Positions 27,731 through 33,644 of a DNA stretch of 64,000 nt are shown here, piece after piece (the first letter of the stretch is position 1; every line of letters starts with the position of its first letter). The DNA is taken from the NCBI GenBank assembly GCA_965246805.1, contig CBDFFO010000010.1:181409-245408 (forward strand), written 5' to 3'. The DNA comes from Caldimonas sp. GTDB taxonomy: Bacteria; Pseudomonadota; Gammaproteobacteria; Burkholderiales; Burkholderiaceae_C. The notes under the pieces are model-generated. The model did not search any database. It had not been told where the DNA came from and was given only the letters and a program-made list of their open reading frames with translations. A program made the translations under genes and the position numbers.

Positions 27731-27931
27731 ATGCAGACACACGAAGCCGAACCACTGCTCAAGCCCGAGCAGGTCGCGCAACGACTTGCGATCGCGGAGA
27801 GCACTCTGAACGTCTGGCGCTGTACCGGTCGTCAGCAACTTCCCTTCATCAAGCTCGGTTCGAGCGTCCGCTACCGCGCTTCGGACGTGGACGCATTTGT
27901 CGAGAGCCGTTTGCATGACGCCCGCGTCTGA
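27731..27931 (+). CDS. HTH_17/MerR-like excisionase-type DNA-binding protein
   Basis: LLKPEQVAQRLAIAESTLNVWR...LPFIKLGSSVRYRASDVDAF. Confidence 0.85.
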   Translation: MQTHEAEPLLKPEQVAQRLAIAESTLNVWRCTGRQQLPFIKLGSSVRYRASDVDAFVESRLHDARV

Positions 27932-28514
27932 GATTGGGCGCTCCGAAGACGGGCGTTCCAAAGTTGAACTCGTGACCGCTGGGGTGGACGTCGCTCCGGT
28001 CCTCTGGGCGTTGCGAGCGAATCCTGGTCTATGGACTCATGCCGAGACCGCCAAAGGTCGGGCCACTCCACGTTACGACGCGATCTGGGTCCGCTCCGCT
28101 GCCATGGGTTCGGATATCGGGACGCCAACAGAATCGAACTGGTACCCCACGGCTGACGCGGTGCCCCTGCGCGAACTGGTCTACCCCCTGATGGGCCTTG
28201 TCGGGGGCGTCCTGTTGGGGGGCGTCGTGATCCACAAGGTTCCTGCCCACACGACGACCAAGCCCCACATCGCAACAGGTCAGCAGGGCCGCTGCTTTGA
28301 CACGTTCGCGATCCAGATCGATTGCGCGCCCGGCCAGCTTCTCTGCTACGAGGACAGGCGACAGGAATCAAAGCCCGGTGACGCGTACTACTTCAACGAC
28401 TCGTATCGGCACTGGATAGAAAACCCGACGCCGTTTGACCGCATCACGGCGCTGGTCTCGATCCGGACCGAGCGCAAGGCCAACGCCGGACGACCGGCTC
28501 CGGTTTGTCACTGA
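27915..28514 (+). CDS. Aspartyl/asparaginyl beta-hydroxylase-like (2OG-Fe cupin) phage-type protein
   Basis: GVDVAPVLWAL, DAIWVR, LGGVVI.KVP...KPH, FAIQI, PGDAYYFN...HWIEN...DRIT. Confidence 0.7.
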   Translation: MTPASEIGRSEDGRSKVELVTAGVDVAPVLWALRANPGLWTHAETAKGRATPRYDAIWVRSAAMGSDIGTPTESNWYPTADAVPLRELVYPLMGLVGGVLLGGVVIHKVPAHTTTKPHIATGQQGRCFDTFAIQIDCAPGQLLCYEDRRQESKPGDAYYFNDSYRHWIENPTPFDRITALVSIRTERKANAGRPAPVCH

Positions 28515-28951
28515 TGAACATCGTGATCCACGAGAGCTTCGCCAAGCTCACGGGCATGAAGGCGACTCGGTTCGAGCGGCGCGAAAAGATCGCCCACGCT
28601 GAAACCGAGGCCAGAGCGCTGGCGGTGATGTTTCCCTTCGAGGAAACCGCCGAGCACCACTTCGCACCTGGCTTGTACGCACGCTCGCTCTTCATGCCAG
28701 CTGGCTCGACCGTCGTCGGGAAGATCCATCGGCACGCGCACATCTATGTCGTGTCGGGCCATTGCTGGATCTACAACGAGATCGACGAGCACGAGGTGAA
28801 AGGCTTTGAAGTTCGCACCGCCGTACCTGGCGAGAAGCGCTTCTGGCATGTGCTTGCTGACACATTCATCGTGGGCTTCCATCCCACGACCGAGACCGAT
28901 CTGGAAAAGATCGAAAACGACGTGATCGCTAAGACTTACGAGGTGATGTAA
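28514..28951 (+). CDS. Phage-type cupin-fold protein
   Basis: HHFAPGLYARSLFMPAGSTVVGKIHRHAH, a motif that I recall precedes ejection genes in podoviruses; TGATG coupling. Confidence 0.7.
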   Translation: MNIVIHESFAKLTGMKATRFERREKIAHAETEARALAVMFPFEETAEHHFAPGLYARSLFMPAGSTVVGKIHRHAHIYVVSGHCWIYNEIDEHEVKGFEVRTAVPGEKRFWHVLADTFIVGFHPTTETDLEKIENDVIAKTYEVM

Positions 28952-30115
28952 ATGTGGGTTGCCGTAGGAGTAGGGGCTGCCAGCACGGTGGCCGGCATGA
29001 TTGGCGCCAGCAAGGCCGCCAAAGGTCAACAGCAGGCCGCCAATCAGGCCATCGCGGCCCAGCAGGCCCAGTACCAGCAGAACCGCACCGACAACCTACC
29101 CGCGCTCGATGCCCGCAACAACTCACTGATGATGTTGCAGCAGAAGGCCGGCCAGTACAGCGCAGCCCCGACCGCCGACCAAGTGATGGCGACCCCGGGT
29201 TACCAGTTCGGGCTGAACCAGGGCAACAACAACATCGAGAACAGCGCCGCATCCCGAGGCGGCCTGTACTCGGGTGCGGCCGGCAAAGCACTGACCCGCT
29301 ATGGCACTGACTACGCAACGACGAAGTATCAGAACGCCTTCGACAACCTTCAGACCTCGCAGACCAACGACTTCAACCACTATCTGAACATCGGCAACCT
29401 GGGCCAAGCCGGCGCTAGCAGCATCGCCAACGCTGGCCAGAACATGGTCAACGCGAACAATCAGACCTTGATGAGCAATGCGAACTCTCAAGGCGCCGCC
29501 AACATCGCCCAGAGCAACCTCATTGCTGGCGGGCTGAACCAGTTCGGGAGCTGGGCCAAGTCCCCCAACGGGCAAGACGCACTTGGTGGTCTCGGCGATC
29601 GCATCGGCGGGTGGTTCGCACCTTCCAACAGCAACGGCAGCGTGATCTCCAACTCGCCGACCTACATCGACCCCAGTAGCAAGTACGCGCAGAACGGATC
29701 GGACTTCGGCTGGAATCCGATCAAGCGTGCCGATGGTGGACCCGTGCGAGCTGAGCCAGTAGTCGGATCGCGGTCCCCTGTCCGGACGGGTGGAGGCGGT
29801 GGCTTCTCCCCCAATGCCCTGCTCGCGCTGGTGATGGCTCATCAGCTCCCGCAAACTCAAACAGCACCAGGCGGCGACTACCTCATGAACCCCGGTCAGA
29901 TCGTTGATCAGCGGATGCGGCAGGCCGGTGCATACGCCATGGGCGGCGCAGTGCATGGCCCTGGCGGTCCTCGGGACGACCTCATCCCGGCGCAGTTGTC
30001 ATCGGGCGAACACGTTTTCGATACCGCGTCGGTCGACGCCGTCGGTGGTGGCGACAACGAGGTCGGGCAGAACAGGCTGAACAAGCTTCGCGAGATCCTC
30101 AAAAACCGCCGCTGA
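28952..30115 (+). CDS. Podovirus-type DNA ejection/pilot (P22 gp7-like DNA transfer) protein with C-terminal extension
   Basis: Hydrophobic Gly/Ala N-terminus, Gln/Asn-rich body, PGYQFGLNQG...SAASRGGLYSGAAGKAL.RYG.DYA, C-terminal GGAVHGPGGPRDD.IPA.LS.GE.V. Confidence 0.7.
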   Translation: MWVAVGVGAASTVAGMIGASKAAKGQQQAANQAIAAQQAQYQQNRTDNLPALDARNNSLMMLQQKAGQYSAAPTADQVMATPGYQFGLNQGNNNIENSAASRGGLYSGAAGKALTRYGTDYATTKYQNAFDNLQTSQTNDFNHYLNIGNLGQAGASSIANAGQNMVNANNQTLMSNANSQGAANIAQSNLIAGGLNQFGSWAKSPNGQDALGGLGDRIGGWFAPSNSNGSVISNSPTYIDPSSKYAQNGSDFGWNPIKRADGGPVRAEPVVGSRSPVRTGGGGGFSPNALLALVMAHQLPQTQTAPGGDYLMNPGQIVDQRMRQAGAYAMGGAVHGPGGPRDDLIPAQLSSGEHVFDTASVDAVGGGDNEVGQNRLNKLREILKNRR

Positions 30116-30117
30116 AC

Positions 30118-30291
30118 ATGCCGACGATCGAAACGAGGCTCGCCAGGCTGGAGGCGCCGCACATCCAAACCGGGCCGGTGTTGATCATGGTGAGCGACGA
30201 ACGCACTCCAGAGCAGGAGCAGGAGATCAGGTCCGCCCGGGAAGCAGGTAGACCGATCGTCTTCGTGACGGCCATCGATTGGGATCTGTGA
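30118..30291 (+). CDS. Microprotein 1 (57 aa, MPTIETRLARLE...)
   Basis: Translated by hand (below the ORF-track cutoff); starts 2 nt after the previous stop. Confidence 0.6.
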   Translation: MPTIETRLARLEAPHIQTGPVLIMVSDERTPEQEQEIRSAREAGRPIVFVTAIDWDL

Positions 30292-30360
30292 GTCCCGGCA
30301 TGCAGCCTCCCACGGTGCAATGAGTTATCAGGTCGCCCTGATCGAGCAGATGAGGAACAG

Positions 30361-30777
30361 ATGAAAGAAGCCGGTCGGTTTCAGCCAGGCCAGAGTGGCA
30401 ATCCCAAAGGGCGACCACCGGGCGCCGGTCAGCTGGGCACCTTGCGCGCGTCGATCGTGGCACACGTCCCCGAGATCGTGGCCAGGCTGGTTGACGCTGC
30501 GAAGGCCGGTGATGTTGGCGCTGCACGCCTGCTCCTAGAGCGCGTGTTGCCCGCTGTGAAGCCGATCGAGCAGGAAGTCGTGATCGCGTTGCCTACGGGC
30601 TCCCTGACCGATCAAGGTCGAGCCGTGCTCGCCGCCGCTGGCGCTGGCGAACTGGCAACGGGACAAGCCGCCCAGCTGCTGACCGGCCTGAGTTCGCTCG
30701 CCAAGCTGGTGGAGACGGACGAACTGGCAGCACGCATCAAGGCACTGGAGACCCGCGATGGCAACGTTAAGAGCTAG
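30361..30777 (+). CDS. DUF5681-type terminase-small-subunit-like protein
   Basis: GRFQPGQSGNPKGRP motif, AARLLLERVLP; RBS GAGGA upstream. Confidence 0.75.
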   Translation: MKEAGRFQPGQSGNPKGRPPGAGQLGTLRASIVAHVPEIVARLVDAAKAGDVGAARLLLERVLPAVKPIEQEVVIALPTGSLTDQGRAVLAAAGAGELATGQAAQLLTGLSSLAKLVETDELAARIKALETRDGNVKS

Positions 30778-30934
30778 GCTCGAAGAGCTGGAGCAGCAGC
30801 GCGTGTACGGTGACGTGCGGGACATGCCGACACACGAACTCGAACGACTCCTCGTGCTGCACTATGGGTACCTACCGGATGTGAGCGAGTTGCAGCGAAT
30901 CGTCGAGCAGGACAGAGCAAATGGCGACGCTTGA
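30758..30934 (+). CDS. Microprotein 2 (58 aa, MATLRARLEELE...)
   Basis: Translated by hand; overlaps both neighbouring genes. Confidence 0.55.
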   Translation: MATLRARLEELEQQRVYGDVRDMPTHELERLLVLHYGYLPDVSELQRIVEQDRANGDA

Positions 30935-31166
30935 CAAGCGGCTTCAGGAGCTGGAAAAGGCAACCTCGCCAGCCGTGCGGTTCACCATGATCGTTTGCAA
31001 GATCATCGACGTGGGGCGACTGGGCGAGGAGGGAACCCGGTGTGCCTTCGGCGACCGGGAATGGCGACGGGCTCATGACGAGTCTGAAGAGCAGTTCCTT
31101 GGCCGCGTGCAAGCGCAGATCGAATCGCCGAACCGCTTGCCGCGGGTCTTGCTTTACTCAAGCTGA
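30921..31166 (+). CDS. Microprotein 3 (81 aa, MATLDKRLQELE...)
   Basis: ORF track; N-terminus resembles those of microproteins 1 and 2. Confidence 0.6.
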   Translation: MATLDKRLQELEKATSPAVRFTMIVCKIIDVGRLGEEGTRCAFGDREWRRAHDESEEQFLGRVQAQIESPNRLPRVLLYSS

Positions 31167-31199
31167 AATGAGTGCCTGGCGGGTTCTTGCCGGATGCGC

Positions 31200-31818
31200 C
31201 TACTTTGTGATCAAACCTGTTTTTGGAAATTCCATAGGCCCAGTTTTCGGGTCGAAGATGCCGTAAGTGACTACCTTTGCTTTCTCGAACTGGTAGAAGG
31301 TGTTGTACTTGTCGAAGCTCAAGATTTTCTGCAGCCCGTCTTGCGTTGTCGAGACGTGCGATGGCTCACCAAGAACCTGGATTACGTACCCAATTTCCAT
31401 GTCCTTTTTAAAGTCCTGCAAATAGGGGTGAACCGTTTCTTCGTCGAGCGCCATATATTCGACGTACCTGACGTTGTCCCCTCTAAACCGAACAACGATG
31501 AAGGACTTGGTGTCGGCAGACCTATAGATCCATTCGTCCTTGTTATCTTCCGGAATTATCGACGGTTCGCCTTTGGCAAACCTCACGTCAGACCGGCTCG
31601 CGTGGAGCGGAACGTCGAAGAAAGTGATCTGAGGTCTGGGCCGCCCAGCGTACTGGACATACCCCCAAGTGCCAAGGCCTCCGAAAGCCGCGACTAAGAG
31701 CAGCGCGAGGATCATCCTTGCCAAGTCGGCTCCAGTTCCAACGATCCTTGGTCACCGCATACAGCATCACGATGGCCAAGACGACCGATGACATGAAGAT
31801 TCCAGAGCCTATGGTCAT
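31200..31818 (-). pseudogene. Membrane-anchored hypothetical protein split by a frameshift near 31722
   Basis: Frame A MTIGSGIFMSSVVLAIVMLYAVTKDRWNWSR continues naturally into frame B (L)ARMILALLLVAAFGGLGTWGYVQY...; one extra base at the junction. Confidence 0.6.
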
Positions 31819-31950
31819 TTGGGGATCCCGTTCACGATGGGCGAGCTACCTGTGCGCACGAATATCCGTTCGCCCCATACGTCGCGTTTGTGATTCAGAT
31901 GGCCGCCGACAACTCGCTCTTCCCCACTGCGCGTCGTCGTGCAGGGATCA

Positions 31951-32478
31951 CTAAGAAAACCTCTTAAACAACAGACACCCTAAGACAAAGACTACGGGGG
32001 ACAGCAATAGGGCGACGCGAACTAAGTTGATCGCCAAAGCCTTTTTCGCGATCCAGTCACTGCTGTCCTTCAGGCGGTCTGTAATGTTGAGTATTTCGCC
32101 ATAGCGCACTTCGTCGATTGACCGGTGCGGTTCATCTAGAAGGTTTGCAGCCTCTTGGTATGGCGCCGGGTACTCGCGAATGAAGAATGTCTTCCAGACC
32201 AGTAGTAGTCCGAGCAACACAAAGTACCCGCAGAGAACGATCGTGCCGAACAACAGCGTGTCTAGCGTGCGTTCAAGCCCAGGCAATATGTAGACGAACG
32301 TGCCTCCCATACCGGCCAAAACATAGGTCAACGTGGTTTGAGCTTCTTTGCCCATGTTGTCTGCCGTGGTGAACTTCTCCTGCAGGTTCTTGAGGCCGTT
32401 CTCTTCCGCCCACTTGAGTCTGTCCGGCCAGCTCTCATGCCGAGTCCTCACGGTTCGATAGCTTGTCCGCTGTGCCAT
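31951..32478 (-). CDS. 3-TM membrane protein, lower GC (candidate defence effector)
   Basis: Three hydrophobic segments; ADNMGKEAQTTLTY before TM1; acidic loop before TM3. Confidence 0.7.
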   Translation of the reverse strand: MAQRTSYRTVRTRHESWPDRLKWAEENGLKNLQEKFTTADNMGKEAQTTLTYVLAGMGGTFVYILPGLERTLDTLLFGTIVLCGYFVLLGLLLVWKTFFIREYPAPYQEAANLLDEPHRSIDEVRYGEILNITDRLKDSSDWIAKKALAINLVRVALLLSPVVFVLGCLLFKRFS

Positions 32479-32483
32479 AGCTG

Positions 32484-32612
32484 CTAAGCCTTTTTGATTG
32501 CCTTCTTCGTCTTCCCAGGTTGCTTGGGTCTGTAGACCCCTTCGGTCGACTTCTTTGCCGGTGCCTTTCTGGCCACCGACTTCTTGGCTGGCGCTTTCTT
32601 TGCGGGTGCCAT
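32484..32612 (-). CDS. 42-aa Lys-rich histone-H1-like microprotein (MAPAKKAPAKKSVARKAPAKK...)
   Basis: Translated by hand; AAGGAAG RBS upstream; stop lies 5 nt before the 3-TM gene start. Confidence 0.6.
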   Translation of the reverse strand: MAPAKKAPAKKSVARKAPAKKSTEGVYRPKQPGKTKKAIKKA

Positions 32613-32801
32613 CTAGGTCTTCCTTGTCGGAGTTTCGTGCTTCACTGTCCGCGCGGGCTGCCGCGGGCGAAAAGGCGCCGGAGGCGGGGATGATGGAGGG
32701 GTGGGGGCGGTCGCGGCACTGTGCATCTGTGTTCCTTTTAAGGCGTGGCTGATGTCATGCGCGCAAATACATCCACATGCGCACATCATGCAGAGAGACG
32801 A

Positions 32802-32819
32802 TACTGTATAAACGTCCAG
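32802..32819 (+). promoter_or_regulatory. Putative LexA (SOS) box
   Basis: TACTGTATAAACGTCCAG = CTG-N10-CAG with the canonical TACTGTATA half-site, directly before GTG 32820. Confidence 0.65.
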
Positions 32820-33263
32820 GTGGACTTCTTGGTTACGCGAGTTTTCGACGGAGGCAGGGTGATGCCCGGCCACATCCGGAATGCCACGACCGTACGCGGC
32901 CGACTGTCGGTCGCCCAGGAGGAAGATGCGCTGCGGCGCCGGACCGTCCTCGTGGCTCGCTTCACCCCGGCCAAAGGGAACGGAACGTTAATGCAGAGGC
33001 TGCCCCCGCTTTACGACGTGCAGTTGATCTCGCTGAATGGTGAGGTGATGACGCTCGCCGGATATGAGCGTGTCGTGGCTGGAGTGCTGCAGCAGGACTA
33101 CGTGCTCGGGCAGAGCTGGATCGTCACGCCCGGCCCCATTGAAGACCTGATGCACGCCGAGGCGCAGTGGCGCGATGCAGCTGAAAAGATCGTCGAGCTT
33201 CAAGCACAATTGCAGACAGGAGAGGCGGCCCGAACTGGTTCACGCGTCGAGCCGCTTGGGTAA
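32820..33263 (+). CDS. Hypothetical protein, putatively SOS-regulated
   Basis: VDFLVTRVFDGG...LPPLYDVQLI...LAGYER...QSWIV; start inferred at GTG 32820. Confidence 0.6.
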   Translation: MDFLVTRVFDGGRVMPGHIRNATTVRGRLSVAQEEDALRRRTVLVARFTPAKGNGTLMQRLPPLYDVQLISLNGEVMTLAGYERVVAGVLQQDYVLGQSWIVTPGPIEDLMHAEAQWRDAAEKIVELQAQLQTGEAARTGSRVEPLG

Positions 33264-33276
33264 CTTTCCGGGTAAC
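33256..33276 (+). repeat. Right-end arm-type repeats (TTGGGTAAC, CCGGGTAAC)
   Basis: Two copies with a 12-bp period, the same period as the left pair at 21259/21271. Confidence 0.75.
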
Positions 33277-33338
33277 TGGGAAGGTGGCAAACCAGCAGAG
33301 GTAGCATCCATGCGGGTTTGCGGCCGAACTTCAAGTGA

Positions 33339-33352
33339 CCCCAGCCCACCAG
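33339..33352 (+). repeat. attR: degenerate copy of the ssrA 3' end
   Basis: CCCCAGCCCACCAG versus CCCCAGCTCCACCAG, preceded by a T-loop-like TTCAAGT. Confidence 0.75.
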
Positions 33353-33644
33353 TATTAGTGCGACGTAGGTCACCGACGTCAGGTTTTGCAAGTCAAATCG
33401 CCGACTTCGCGGCTCTTGAATTTCAAAAAGCGCTGCGTCGGCATCGACCTGAAAGTTCAGGTTGTCCATCGCCGCGAGGGTACGAGGACGGGTTGCTTGC
33501 AACGCTTCCGCCTTGTAGACAATGGACCCGCTCCAGGGGTGCTTGGTCATCGGTGGCGCGCCGTCGGGCGGCGACTCGGCGGCTGCGGCCCAGTGCAGCC
33601 TCTCAAGATTGCCAGACCTGCCGCGACCAAGCCCGCATCCGCCG

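Larger units (their letters stand above)
21132..33352 (+). mobile_element. ssrA-integrated phage-satellite-like (PICI/P4-like) genomic island, ~12.2 kb
   Basis: Integrase immediately after tmRNA; attL CCCCAGCTCCACCAG (21132-21146) versus attR CCCCAGC-CCACCAG (33339-33352); alpA, primase, helicase and terS-like genes; no capsid, portal, tail or lysis genes. Confidence 0.88.

Noticed and set aside
31951-32478. Canonical Pycsar/CBASS system
   Set aside because: No cyclase or CD-NTase gene nearby; only the effector-like topology is suggested.
21132-33352. Complete prophage
   Set aside because: No capsid, portal, TerL, tail or lysis genes in 12.2 kb.
33200-33550. 116-aa minus-strand ORF spanning attR
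   Set aside because: It crosses the att junction and overlaps the SOS-box gene; no motif. Probably fortuitous or a remnant.
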